Shown here piece by piece: positions 45,454-56,876 of a stretch of 64,000 bases of DNA. The position numbers were made by a program, and so were the translations under genes. The notes beneath the pieces were generated by a model. That model had not been told where the DNA came from. It saw only the letters and a list, made by a program, of their open reading frames with translations, and did not search any database. The stretch comes from an uncultured Planctomycetota bacterium. Its GTDB lineage: Bacteria; Planctomycetota; Planctomycetia; Isosphaerales; Isosphaeraceae. Each line of letters starts with the position of its first letter. The first letter of the stretch is position 1. The DNA lies in the NCBI GenBank assembly GCA_963845755.1, contig CAWJTV010000047.1, forward strand, positions 128,001 to 192,000, written 5' to 3'.

Positions 45454-46974
45454 TCACGTCATCCGCGCCGTGCCTCCCAGGACCGGATGTTGGTCTGGGG
45501 ACTGGTCGCTGGTCCACACTGCCACTGGCAGGCGCAGGACGAACAGGCTCCCCGCTCCGGGCGCACTTCGAAGTTCAAGCGTCCCGCCGTAGTTTGCGGC
45601 GATCCGATGCGCGACGGCCAGGCCCAGGCCGATGCCTGTATGACCGTCGCGACGCGTCTGCTCGCCGCGAAAGAACGGCTCGAAGACTCGCGCTGCGTCC
45701 TTGGTGGAGAGCCCGCAGCCCCGATCTTCCACACTGATCGAGATCGATCCCCCCTCCCGATGCGTCCGAACCGTGATCGGCGTCCCCGGCGCGCTGTACT
45801 TGCAGGCGTTCTCGAGCAGGTTGTCGACGACCTGGGCCAACAACGATGGGTGAATCCGCACCACGAGCGGAGAGTCGTCGGCAACCTTCGCGTCGAAGTC
45901 GGCCGCTCGCGCGTGATCCGACCATCGGTCGAGGTGGTCGGGAACCCAATGAGTGAGGTCCACCACTTCGGGCTCGGGCTGGCACGTTTCGGGCCGGGCC
46001 AGCAGGAGCAACGACTCGATGATCTGTCGCAATCGCGTCCCTTCGTCGCGGACACGCTCAAGGACCTGCCGGTATTCCTCGGACGTACGATCTCGGCGCA
46101 GCGCCACCTGGACCTGGCCGAGGAGGGCGGCCAGGGGTGTGCGGAGCTGGTGCGAGGCGTCGCCTGCGAACCGCTGCTGCCGGTCGTGTGCCTCATGCAT
46201 GTGAAGAAAGGTCGCGTGCAGCCGCTCGAGGAGGTCATTGAAGGCCCGGCCCAGATCGTCGAGCTCGTCGCCGGTGCCCGGTGAGGGCAATCGATTGCCC
46301 AGGTCGGCGACCGTCATCGCGGTCGCCGATCGGGCCATGCGACTCAACGGCGCGAGCCCACGGAGACACAGCCGTCGGCCCACGATCGTCGCCGCGGCCC
46401 AGATTCCGATCGAGAGCATCGCCAGAGTCAGTCCGAGATGACTCAATGTCGCCTCCACTGGCGCCGGCGTCAGTCCCACGACCAGGATCAGGGCCTGATA
46501 CTGCACTTCATAGCCCGGCTCGTCGTTTGGGTGCCCGCGCCCGCGACGCAACAGCTCGCCCAGCTCCAGCCGGCGCGCCGCCATTCGCCATCCGGGGACT
46601 GTGCCGAAGACGGTCCCGTCGGGAGGGCTCGAGGGCCAGGCCGGCGGCATCCATGATGGTGAAAAATCGCCGGCAACCGCATTGGCCGAACGGTCGACCA
46701 GGCTTCCCTTGCCATCGCGAACCGCCCAACGCACGGTGCTGATCCCGCGATCAACTCCGAGCGTCATCTGGCGGTCCGCGGGCTCCCATTCGAGGCCACC
46801 CGGCTCGATGTCCACCGAGGCCTCCAGCGTGTCCAGCGACCTCTGTAACCTCTCGTCGAGCTCACGGATCAGGTGGGTCCGCGCCAGCACGTACAGGGTC
46901 CCCGAGAAGCCCGCCAGGACCAGGGCCAGCGCGATCAGGAAAAACGCCGAGAGGCGCGTGGCCAGGCTCATCAT
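45454..46974 (-). CDS. Sensor histidine kinase (HAMP, HisKA, HATPase)
   Basis: DASHQLRTPL, NLLENACKYS, DRGCG, GIGLGLA. Confidence 0.92.
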   Translation of the reverse strand: MMSLATRLSAFFLIALALVLAGFSGTLYVLARTHLIRELDERLQRSLDTLEASVDIEPGGLEWEPADRQMTLGVDRGISTVRWAVRDGKGSLVDRSANAVAGDFSPSWMPPAWPSSPPDGTVFGTVPGWRMAARRLELGELLRRGRGHPNDEPGYEVQYQALILVVGLTPAPVEATLSHLGLTLAMLSIGIWAAATIVGRRLCLRGLAPLSRMARSATAMTVADLGNRLPSPGTGDELDDLGRAFNDLLERLHATFLHMHEAHDRQQRFAGDASHQLRTPLAALLGQVQVALRRDRTSEEYRQVLERVRDEGTRLRQIIESLLLLARPETCQPEPEVVDLTHWVPDHLDRWSDHARAADFDAKVADDSPLVVRIHPSLLAQVVDNLLENACKYSAPGTPITVRTHREGGSISISVEDRGCGLSTKDAARVFEPFFRGEQTRRDGHTGIGLGLAVAHRIAANYGGTLELRSAPGAGSLFVLRLPVAVWTSDQSPDQHPVLGGTARMT

Positions 46975-47669
46975 CTCGTCTCCTCATCCGCCAGCGGCGC
47001 CGGGCCGAAAGCGTATCCCCGGCCCCGCACCGTGTGAATGACGCGCGGTCCAAGAGCCTCGAGCTTTCGACGCAGCTCCATGACGTGGACCCCCAACGTA
47101 TTGGACTCCATGTCGAAGGGCTCATGCCACACCTGTTCGTAGATCTCGACCCGGTTGAGCACGCGCCCGGGATGCTGGAGGAAGAAGATCAACAGGGCGA
47201 GCTCCTTGGTGGCCAGATCGAGTGGCCGGCCGGTTCGCGCTGCCCGCTGGGCAACCAGGTCGACGCTCACGTCCCCGTGAACGAGCGTCGTCTCCGGAAG
47301 CTCCTCGCGACGACGGATCAATGCGCGAACACGGGCCAGCAGCTCGTCGAAGTCGAACGGCTTGCAGAGGTAGTCATCGGCCCCGCTGTCGAGGCCGAGC
47401 ACACGATCAGCCACCTGGTCGCGGGCCGTCAGGATCAGCACCGGGGTCCGGCGATCGCGTTCCCGGAGGCGACGGAGCAGCGCCAGGCCGTCTTCTCCAG
47501 GTAACCACCAATCGAGCAGGACGAGATCCCATCGGCCGGACGCCAGGCCACGCCGGCCGGCATCGCCGTCGGCGGCGTGCTCGACCGTGTACCCCTCCTC
47601 GCGCAGACCGGTCACCAGATAGTCGGCAATATTCGCCTCGTCCTCCACCAACAGGATACGGCTGCCCAT
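46971..47669 (-). CDS. OmpR/CusR-family response regulator
   Basis: LLVEDE, LLDWWLPG, GADDYLCKPF, IHTVRGRGY. Confidence 0.93.
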   Translation of the reverse strand: MGSRILLVEDEANIADYLVTGLREEGYTVEHAADGDAGRRGLASGRWDLVLLDWWLPGEDGLALLRRLRERDRRTPVLILTARDQVADRVLGLDSGADDYLCKPFDFDELLARVRALIRRREELPETTLVHGDVSVDLVAQRAARTGRPLDLATKELALLIFFLQHPGRVLNRVEIYEQVWHEPFDMESNTLGVHVMELRRKLEALGPRVIHTVRGRGYAFGPAPLADEETR

Positions 47670-48129
47670 GGTTCACCCTCTTGCCGATCCGCCACTGGCC
47701 ATCGAGATCGACTCACCTCAAGACATTCTACCGCCTGGGCTGTTCCCCCGGCGCGCCAACTTTTTGAGGCCAACTCACAACCTCCCGAACCAAGCCCATT
47801 CCTGGAGCGTATGCTGGATTAGCTCAGGTTGGTCAAAACGTGGCACGTGGATCGGAGGCACGTCCCGCAGGCCCGCACTCTGCCCCTTGCCAGCGGGGTG
47901 AGCTGTCATGCCGACAGGTTCCCACCAGGACTCGGAATCAGCCGCCGTCTTATGCCGTTGCTCAGCCTGTGCACTGAAGACCGGGTTTCGCAATTGACAT
48001 TGAGAGCGTCGATCCTCAGAGATGAGCCACTCACGCATGTCCCGCTCGGCGACTTGGCGTCGAGCATCACGGGTACCGGCTCACTCCGAACACGACCTCC
48101 TACAGGCTTACCCGAAAGCGAGGTAGATC

Positions 48130-50115
48130 ATGGTCGCCACGGTCGTCCTGTGTTGCGCGATGATCGGCCAGGCTCAGTCGCCCTCAGCCGCGGCGCCGGC
48201 CGATCACGAGGCCTACATGCGCGCCAAGAGCCAGGCGGGCCACGACGCCAAGGCCCATGTCCAACTGGCCCTCTGGTGTGAGGCCCATGGCCTGACAAGC
48301 GAGCGGATCGAACAACTGGCACTGGCGGTCATGCGCGACCCGCACGACGCGGTGGCGCGCGGACTCCTGGGGTTGGTCTCCTATCAAGGAAAATGGCAGT
48401 CCGCGATGGAGGTGGAAAAGCAGGTCCAGAAGGATGAAGCCTACCAGAAACTCGTCCGGGATTACCTCGACCTTCGCTCCCGCACACCCGAGAAGGCCGA
48501 CGCCCAGTTGAAGCTGGCAGCCTGGTGCGGCGAGAAGGGGCTGAAGGACCAGGCGCAGGCGCACTATAGTGCCGTGGTACGCCTTGATCCCTCTCGCGAC
48601 CTCGCCTGGAAACATCTGGGTTACAAGAAATACGGCAACCGCTGGATCAAGCCCCCGGAGGCCGCGGCCGAGCGGCACGAGGCCGATCATCAGAGGATCG
48701 CCAATGTGCATTGGAAGATGCGATTGGAGAACCTGCATGACGAATTGCTGAGCACCAGCGCTACGCGGCGCGAGCGAGCCGAGAGGGGGCTGGCCGAGAT
48801 CGACGATCCGCGAGCCGTGCCGATGGTCTGGAACGTACTCGCCACCGGCGGCGAGCGGTCGCAGGTCGCCGCCGTGAAAGTGTTGGGGCAGATCGACGGC
48901 GCACCGGCCTCCAGTTCGCTGGCCACTCTGGCGGTCTTCAGTTCATCCCCGACCGTACGTCGGCTCGCGAGCACTTCACTGGCCGCGCGCGACCCTCGCG
49001 ACGTGATCGGCCAGTTGATCAACCTGGTCCGCCGCCCGTTCAAGTACAGTGTGCGGTCGGGCTGGGGACCGGGCTCGGCGGGCGAGCTCTTCGTTGACGG
49101 AGAACGGTTCAACCTCACGCGGCTCTATCAATTACCGAGGATCGATTTGCGCCTGGTTCCTGCCGCACCTCCTTCGACGGTTTCGCCGGCTGCGGTGACG
49201 GCGAACAACGGCACGGTGGTGACTCTTCCCAACGGCCGTACGGCCGTGACCGCCGGCATGGGCACGGCGGTCGCCGACCAAGTACGGACGATGATGGAGA
49301 CGGCCAGGGTCGCGACAGTTCAGCGCGATCTCGTCATTCTCCGGACTCTGAACGAAGACATCCAGACCGTCGAGAACGCCAACAATCAGATCAATCAGGT
49401 CAATAGCCGCGTGCTGCCGATCCTGAGAAGCCTCACCGGGCAGGATCTGGGTGTGGATCCCCAGTCGTGGCAGACGTGGTGGACCGACCAGCTCGGTTAC
49501 GTTTACCAGCCGAGCCAGCCGACGTCCAAGCCCACGTACACGGAAACGGTGTACCTCCCGGACATCCAGGTCCCCGTGCCGCTCTCCACGCCAGATCTCT
49601 CGCTCGGCGTGCCGCTCTCCGTGCGACGCCATCATTCCTGCTTCGCCGCCGGCACCCTGGTCCACACCATCGACGGCCCTCGTACGATCGAGTCGATCCT
49701 GGTCGGCGACCGCGTGCTGTCACAGAACACGACGACCGGTCTGCTGGCATTCGAGCCTGTGGTGGCAACCCATCTCAACGCACCCTCACCGACGCTTCGC
49801 ATCCGCATCGACGGCGAAACGATCGTCGCAACCGGCATTCACCGCTTCTGGAAAGCCGGCAAGGGGTGGGTCATGGCCCGCGAGCTCAAGGCGGGGGACC
49901 GCCTGCGGATGATCGGCGGTGCCGTCGAGATCGCATCGATCGTACCCGACAAGACTCAGCCGGTTTACAACCTCGACGTCGCCGAGAACCGCGACTTCTT
50001 CGTGGGGACCAAGGGCCTGCTGGTTCACGACTTCAGCTTCGTCCAGCCGGTCCTCGCGCCGTTTGACCGTCTGCCCGACCTCCCAGAGTCGTCATTGGCC
50101 GGTCCGCCGCGCTGA
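48130..50115 (+). CDS. Secreted helical-repeat protein with C-terminal Hint (PT-HINT/BIL-like) domain
   Basis: Leader peptide; repeated LAxWC...GL helices; Hint 49639-50031 with CFAAGTLV, ATGIHRFW, VYNLDV...FFVG..LLVHD. Confidence 0.85.
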   Translation: MVATVVLCCAMIGQAQSPSAAAPADHEAYMRAKSQAGHDAKAHVQLALWCEAHGLTSERIEQLALAVMRDPHDAVARGLLGLVSYQGKWQSAMEVEKQVQKDEAYQKLVRDYLDLRSRTPEKADAQLKLAAWCGEKGLKDQAQAHYSAVVRLDPSRDLAWKHLGYKKYGNRWIKPPEAAAERHEADHQRIANVHWKMRLENLHDELLSTSATRRERAERGLAEIDDPRAVPMVWNVLATGGERSQVAAVKVLGQIDGAPASSSLATLAVFSSSPTVRRLASTSLAARDPRDVIGQLINLVRRPFKYSVRSGWGPGSAGELFVDGERFNLTRLYQLPRIDLRLVPAAPPSTVSPAAVTANNGTVVTLPNGRTAVTAGMGTAVADQVRTMMETARVATVQRDLVILRTLNEDIQTVENANNQINQVNSRVLPILRSLTGQDLGVDPQSWQTWWTDQLGYVYQPSQPTSKPTYTETVYLPDIQVPVPLSTPDLSLGVPLSVRRHHSCFAAGTLVHTIDGPRTIESILVGDRVLSQNTTTGLLAFEPVVATHLNAPSPTLRIRIDGETIVATGIHRFWKAGKGWVMARELKAGDRLRMIGGAVEIASIVPDKTQPVYNLDVAENRDFFVGTKGLLVHDFSFVQPVLAPFDRLPDLPESSLAGPPR

Positions 50116-50394
50116 GTACGTCCCGGGCTTCGGCCAATCGCCCGGGGCTTCTCATCGGTCCGTCGCCAATGTGTGAGGCTCAGGCGGCGGCGGACCAATT
50201 CCGGCTGCTTCATGGTCTAGAGGTTCCGATATGGCCGCGCGGATGAGTCTTGCCAACGCGCCAGGGACCGCTCGGCATACATGCTGTAATCGCTTCGCTT
50301 GACCACGTCCCTCCGGATAATGGCTCTCATCTGTCAATTCAATGCCGGAGGAACGTCTCCTCATCAGGATACAGCATCGTGTCCATTCACCTCG

Positions 50395-51939
50395 TCAAGC
50401 TCCCTTCATCCCCAGGCTCTCCATCAGAAACGGCAAATCGATTTCGGGATAAACCGGATAGGAGCCCAGTAGGGCATCGACGCGGGCATGGGCCTGGTTG
50501 CGGGCGTCGTCGTCCAGTGTGTACTTCGCCTTATCGCGGGCGCCCGACTTGGTCGTCCCAGGCCGGATGTTCTTCAGCACCAGGGCGACAACCTCTGCGA
50601 TCTCCTCCATTTCGGCCTGGCCCATTCCCAGCGTGGTGACCGCGGGTGTGCCGAACCGCAGGCCGCTGGTGTACCACGGGCCGTTGGCGTCGAAGGGGAC
50701 CGGGTTGCGGTTGAGCGTGATGCCGCAGCGACGGACGGCGTCTTCGGCCTGCCTGCCGGTAATCCCGTGGGTCCTGGCGACATCCACGACCATCAGGTGA
50801 TTGTCGGTCCCACCGGTGACAACCGAGAGCCCCTGTCGCATGAACGCCTCGGCGAGCGAGCGAGCGTTATCCACGATCTTCTGGGCGTAGGTTGAGAACT
50901 CGGGACGCAGCGCTTCGGTGAACGCCACGGCCTTGGCGGCCATCACGTGGGGCAGGGGCCCTCCCAGCACGAGCGGACAGCCGCGGTCGACCGCGTCGCT
51001 GAACTCGGGGGTCGTCAGGACGAGCCCGCCGCGCGGTCCTCGCAAAGTCTTGTGGGTCGTCGTCGTCACGATCTGGGCATGCGGGATCGGGTTAAATTCG
51101 TCTTTGAGGACTTTCCCGGCCACCAGGCCCGAGAAGTGGGCCATGTCGACCATCAGCACCGCACCCACCGTGTCCGCAATCGCGCGCATTCGGGCGTAGT
51201 TGATGTTGCGCGAATAAGCGCTGAAGCCGGCCAGGAGGATCAGGGGCTTGACCTCTCGGGCCTGCCGTTCGATGGCATCGTAGTCGAGGAGGAACGTTTC
51301 GCGGTTAACGGTGTATCCGTGGGACTCGAACATCTTGCCCGAGGAATTGAGCCGGTAGCCGTGAGTCAGGTGCCCGCCCGAGGCGAGGTCCAGCCCGAGG
51401 AGGCGCTGATTTCCCAGGGCCTGGCGGACGGCTCCCCATTGTTCCGTGGTGAGTTTGTACCAGTCGCCGGCGGTGAGGTCGTCCGGGCTCTCGACGCCCA
51501 GGAGCCGGCTCATCTCGGCCAGCTCGACCCTGGCCCGCAGGATGGCCCAGAACGCGACGAGATTGGCATCCGCGCCGCTGTGCGGTTGCGCGTACGCGTG
51601 CGCAGCACCGAAGAGTTCTTTCGCACGATTGTTGGCCAGATCCTCGATCGAGTTGACGTTGTCGCACCCGGCGTAAAAGCGGTGGTGGGGGATTCCCTCG
51701 GCGTACTTGTCGGTCAGGAGATTGGCCATGCCGCATTGGGTCGCCAGCGACGAATAGTTTTCGCTGGCGATCAACTTGATATTGCTCCGCTGGTCGGCCA
51801 GCTCCTGAACGATCGACCGCGCCACCTCGGGTGCGACGCTCGCGACACACTCAAGGTTGGCCAGGTAGGCCAGGAATCCCGGAGGAGTCGTTGCGGGATC
51901 TTTGGTATGGAGGTAGCGCGAGATCAACGAGTTCGTCAT
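50395..51939 (-). CDS. glyA: Serine hydroxymethyltransferase (long form)
   Basis: LIASENY, DKYAEG, QPHSGADAN, GGHLTHG, DMAH, TTTTHKTLRGPRGG, GGTDNH. Confidence 0.95.
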   Translation of the reverse strand: MTNSLISRYLHTKDPATTPPGFLAYLANLECVASVAPEVARSIVQELADQRSNIKLIASENYSSLATQCGMANLLTDKYAEGIPHHRFYAGCDNVNSIEDLANNRAKELFGAAHAYAQPHSGADANLVAFWAILRARVELAEMSRLLGVESPDDLTAGDWYKLTTEQWGAVRQALGNQRLLGLDLASGGHLTHGYRLNSSGKMFESHGYTVNRETFLLDYDAIERQAREVKPLILLAGFSAYSRNINYARMRAIADTVGAVLMVDMAHFSGLVAGKVLKDEFNPIPHAQIVTTTTHKTLRGPRGGLVLTTPEFSDAVDRGCPLVLGGPLPHVMAAKAVAFTEALRPEFSTYAQKIVDNARSLAEAFMRQGLSVVTGGTDNHLMVVDVARTHGITGRQAEDAVRRCGITLNRNPVPFDANGPWYTSGLRFGTPAVTTLGMGQAEMEEIAEVVALVLKNIRPGTTKSGARDKAKYTLDDDARNQAHARVDALLGSYPVYPEIDLPFLMESLGMKGA

Positions 51940-52139
51940 GGATGAACGCTCGAGGGTGAGAGAGACGGCGGTTGACCGATCCGGCCTGCCATGTGATCCT
52001 GCCCGCGTAATCCCGTCGGCTGGTGGTTCGCTGTGCCGGGCGCGCCGACCGGTTATAATGTGGCCCGCCAATGATCCCGAATTGTAACGACGGGGGAAGC
52101 CCCGGCTCAAGAGACGCTTCAAATCCAGGAGGGCCTGTG

Positions 52140-53061
52140 ATGGGACTCGAGTTCGCACCCGGGAAGACCCGGATCGGTTGGATCGGCACCGGGGTTATGG
52201 GCTCGTCGATGTGCGGGCATCTAATTGCGGCCGGCTACTCTGCCACGATCTTCAACCGGACAGCCGACAAGGCCAAGCCGCTGGTCAACAAGGGTGCGAA
52301 GCTCGCCGACTCACCCCGGGCGGTCGCGCAGGCTTCCGACGTCGTCTTCACGATCGTCGGTTATCCTAGCGATGTCCGCGAAGTGACGCTCGGCGATCAT
52401 GGCACGCTCGCCGGCGCGAAGCCGGGGGCCGTCCTGGTCGACATGACCACGAGTGAGCCGGCGCTGGCCATCGAGGTCGATCGAGCCGCACGGGCCAAGG
52501 GCGTTCATGCCGTCAACGCACCGGTCTCCGGTGGCGACGTCGGCGCGCGCGAGGCGCGGCTCTCGATCATGATTGGCGGCGAGAAGGACGTCGTCATCGG
52601 CGCTCCGACCGCTCTTCGACCTCATGGGGAAGACGATCGTCCACCAGGGTCCCGCCGGCGCGGGTCAGCATACCAAGATGGTCAATCAGGTGCTGATCGC
52701 CAGCAACATGATCGGCGTATGCGAGGCGCTGCTGTATGGCTACAAGGCCGGGCTGGATCTCAACGTCGTACTTCAGAGCGTCGGCAGCGGCGCGGCGGGT
52801 TCGTGGAGCCTGAACAACCTCGGCCCGCGGATGATCGCCGGCAATTTCGAGCCGGGCTTCTACGTCGAGCACTTCCTCAAAGACATGCGCATCGCCCTGG
52901 CCGAGTCGCAGCGGATGGGGCTCAGCCTGCCCGGGTTGGCACTCGCCGAACAGCTCTACCGAGCGGTGGCCGCCCAGGGATACGCCCGGAAGGGCACGCA
53001 CGCTTTGATGCTCGCTCTGGCTCGCCTGTCCGACATCGAATGGCAGAAACGACCGAGCTGA
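52140..53061 (+). CDS. NAD(P)-dependent beta-hydroxyacid dehydrogenase, MmsB/GarR family (frameshift near 52600)
   Basis: GWIGTGVMG, [25 protein letters not shown]. Confidence 0.9.
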
Positions 53062-53464
53062 CGGCTCGGTCGTGAGCTCACCGGCAGCCTCGACGCCGGC
53101 AAGGCCGCGGCACGCCCGCGCAGGCCTCCGCGGTTGCGGTTGCGGTTGACGGTGGTGCGGAACTTACATACGATCCCTTCGCAACTCGCTGACGGCCCTC
53201 GACCGTCGTAGATCCCGTTCCGCGTCGCGGTCTCATGGCCGCCCGTTTCGCCCGATCGGCCATCGCGCGTCCCATTGACATGTGCGCTCGACTCGGCCAC
53301 TCCGCGAGGCCGTGTGAATCGCGGAGGCTTCCTCTCGGGAAGGCCGACAGGAGGCCAGGCCCGAATCGGGGCAATCTGGGCCGCGAAGCGACGGCGACCG
53401 GCGATCGAAGGAATGAGTTCCCGCGGACATCGTCTGTCATCTCCAAGGAGGGAGGCCCACCACG

Positions 53465-56400
53465 ATGCGTGTTGGCCGTCGCGTGGCGAAGGTGCTCTTC
53501 TGGACGATCGTGTTTTGCATGTCAGTCCTCTTCGGCGCGCTGTGGTTCGCGTACACCTACTTGACCGACAGTGAGACGGCGTCGCGGCTAATCCGTCAAT
53601 ACGCCTCGAAGTACTTGCCCGGTTCAGGTCTCGACCCGGGTCGCGTACGCCTGAGCCTCTTGCGAGGCGAGTTGACCCTCAACAATCTCCAAATCCTGCA
53701 ATCGATCGATGATCGGCCGTACCCGTCGTTGCATGTCCCCTGGCTCAGGATCGGCATCGATCCGAAGAAGCTGGTCAAAGGCCAGTTGGACTTTCGCCAG
53801 GTCTCCGTGGTTTATCCGACGCTCCGGCTCTGCCACCGTCGAGACGGCACGCTGAACCTCCAGGGCTTGCTCGCCGACCCTTGGCCTGGTCCCTGGCTCG
53901 ACAAGACACCGCCGATTCTCGTCGAGCATGGGACGCTCGAGGTGGTTCCGGTACAGGAGGAACTTCAAAGCGGGGGACCTCCGGGGACAGCTGTTCCGCT
54001 GGCCGGACCCAACACGTCCGGCAAGGACGAGCCGCCGAACCCGAACCCGGCGGCGCCGGTGCCCAGGCCGAACCCGGCGACCGCGATCAAGGTTCTCCGC
54101 GACGTCAGCCTGAAAATCGTGCAAGTGGAGAGGCTGCTGTATCGATTCGAAGGCTCAGCCCAGGGCGACAGCCTGGACCAACTACACCTCAGCGGCACGG
54201 TCAACCTCGAGACCGGTCGTACCAGCCTGAGCGGCAGCCTGGCCGGACTCACCCTCTCCGACGCCGTACGGCGCCGCATCCCGCCTGAAGTACGCCCGAT
54301 GATGAACGACCTGGCACTGACAGGCGGCGTCTTAGACCTCGAGGTGAAACGGGCCATCTACGATCCCGTCGCACCGGCCGGAGACCGTCTGCACTATGCG
54401 ATGTCGGCCCGGCTCCGTGAGGGGGTCTGGGAGTGCCCGCACCTGCCGTTTTCGGTCAACAAGCTCTCGGCGATCCTCGGCGTCGAAGACGGCCTGATCA
54501 CCATCGAGCATGCCGAGGGATTCCATGGCGAAACGACGCTCCGCGCCAAGGGGACCATGCGCAGGCGACCCGCGCAGAGAACCTCTCGACTTGCACGTCG
54601 AGCTGATGGACCTGGAGCTCGACTGGCAGCCCGGCGGCCGCCTCCGCAGTCGAACCCCCTCCGAATACATGGAGCTCTGGGATGTTTTCCAGCCGCATGG
54701 ATTGATCGACGCCCGGATCGACCTGGTACGCACCGAACGCGATAGACCGGTCGATCTCGGGGCCAAGGTGACGTGTAAAGATGTCTCCGCGAAGTATCGC
54801 CACTTCGCCTATCAGCTCGACCACCTCAGGGGCCAGCTCGAGCTGAAAAAGAACTTGCTGACGGTGAATGTGCGGACGCTCAGCGTCGGCGGTCGTCCGC
54901 TCGAACTCAAGGGGACGATCAAGAACCCTGGGGTCGCGGCGATCGTCAACCTCGAACTCACGGCCGAGTCGCTGCCGATCGAAGAGCCGCTCCTCAAGGC
55001 ATTCAAGCCGGAAGTCCAGAAGGTCGTCGCCCAGTTCGATCCCAAGGGAATCGTTCGGGCCCACGCGATGGTCACTCGCAAACCCATGCCCGGACGTCCC
55101 GAGGGACGCATTACCATCGACGCCGAGATCGACCTGAGCGAGCGATGCGAGATCCGATGGGCCAAGCTGCCTTACCCGATCCGGAACCTGACCGGCCGTC
55201 TCGAAATGGCGGTCGGATCCGAGCGGCATCCGGACCTCTGGGTCTTCCGGGACATGCGCGGGGAGAACGGCCAGGCGAAGATCAAGGTCAGCGGACGGGT
55301 GGAGAAGCTCCCCGGTCCCAAGCTGTCCAACGGCGACGACCCTCTGAAAGTTCACGTCGATCTTCAGGCCAGGAACCTCCCGTTCAGCCAGGAACTCCGG
55401 ACGTCGCTCCGAGGCGCATGGGACAAGGTCTGGAAGGCGATCAATCCCTCCGGGGCCAGCGACGTCGAGGCCACGGTCGACGTCGAGCCGCACAAGCCGG
55501 AACGCACTCACATCGTGATCGTGCCGCTCCCCGAGACGAGCGTTCGGCTGGAGATCCTGCGGGCTCCCCAGCCGAAGCACTCCGACCCCGGCGGCATGGT
55601 CGAGCTGCGGATGGATGACGTCCGGGGCCGGTTCGTCTTCGACAACGGCCAGGTGACCATGAACGACGTCAGCGTCCAGTTCCGCGGGGCCCCGGTGCGC
55701 TGCGATCGCGGGACGGTCTTCGTCGAGGATTCGGGGCGATTCGGCCTGAGTGTCACCGACTTGTGGATCAAGGACATCCGCCTCGATCTCGACCTCCGCA
55801 AGAAGATGCCACCGCTGATGGCGGAGTTCGCCCAGCGGCTGGACGACGGACGGACCTTCACGGCGCGGGGGAACTTGAAGATCGGCTGGTCGGGCAACAA
55901 GGACCAGCCCGCCTGGTGTCAGTGGGAGAAGACCCTGGTCGTCTTCAACGACAACCGGCTCTCGACGGGGATCCCCCTCGAGCACATCCAGGGCGAGATC
56001 GACAACGTGAGCGGCTGGTCCGACGGTCTGACGGTCAAGGTCGAGGGGATCATCAAGCTGGAAAGCGTGGTCGTGCAGGGGCAACAAATCACCCGCGTGG
56101 AGTCGCCGTTCCGGGTGCAGGATGGGGTAGCGGAGCTGGTGGACCTGCGCGGGCATCTCCTTGGCGGTGACCTTTGGGGCAAGAGCCGGATCAGTCTGGA
56201 TGCGACGCCGAGCTACGCCGCGACGCTGTCGCTGCACGGGGCCCGGCTCGAGGAGTATGCGCGGACAATCGGCGGACGACGAACGTACCGGGGAAACATC
56301 GATGCCCATCTCGCATGCAGTGGCCTGGGGAGCGAGCTTCGCACGCTCCAGGGGCAGGGGGAAGCTCACATCACCCAGGGAGACCTGGGCAAACTCCCGG

Positions 56401-56792
56401 TCGTGTTCCGGATCGCGTCCTTGCTGAATCCGACACGCACGCTGTCCGACGCCCCGAAAGTGGGCATCAAGACGGCCTTCGACTCGGCCGACGTCGCCTT
56501 CTCAATCTCGCACGGACTCTCCAGCTTGGACCCGATCAAGTTCACGGGCAACACGTTCAGTCTCCAGGGCCGCGGGACCCTCGACCCGCAAGCCAATCTG
56601 GACCTCCGCCTTCGGGTCCTCCTCGGCCGGGATCGTTTCCCCATCCCGATCCTCAGCGACCTGATCCGAGAGGCTGGCGGCCAGTTCCTGATCGTCCACG
56701 TCACAGGCACGCCCGCATATCCCGACTTCAAACTGGAGGCGCTCCCGCAGCTCAAGCGAGACCCCAACCGCGCCGAGTCGGTCGAGCCATGA
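53465..56792 (+). CDS. AsmA-like large periplasmic beta-rich protein (frameshift near 54563)
   Basis: N-terminal TM; repeated PYxxxxLxGxL units; C-terminal TAFDSADVAF...SLQGRGTL. Confidence 0.7.
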
Positions 56793-56876
56793 GTTCTCCG
56801 GTCGAGGCACCTGCACTCGGGCCCTGACAAGTATCGCCGTCGATGAGGTCCAAGGAACTCCGCCCCCGGAGGACGC

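Noticed and set aside
49639..50115. Classical intein or polymorphic toxin
   Set aside because: No terminal Asn or +1 nucleophile, no endonuclease, and no toxin domain or immunity gene.
50218..50329. Small minus-strand ORF after glyA (MRAIIRRDVV...)
   Set aside because: Under 40 codons, with no clear RBS or recognisable motif.
51940..52139. ZMP/ZTP riboswitch upstream of glyA
   Set aside because: The conserved pfl-motif elements were not recognisable; the region is a short divergent promoter.
54498..56369. Long antisense ORFs (also 30979-32451, 6053-7249, 27818-28912)
   Set aside because: Shadow frames of GC-rich genes with no recognisable motifs.
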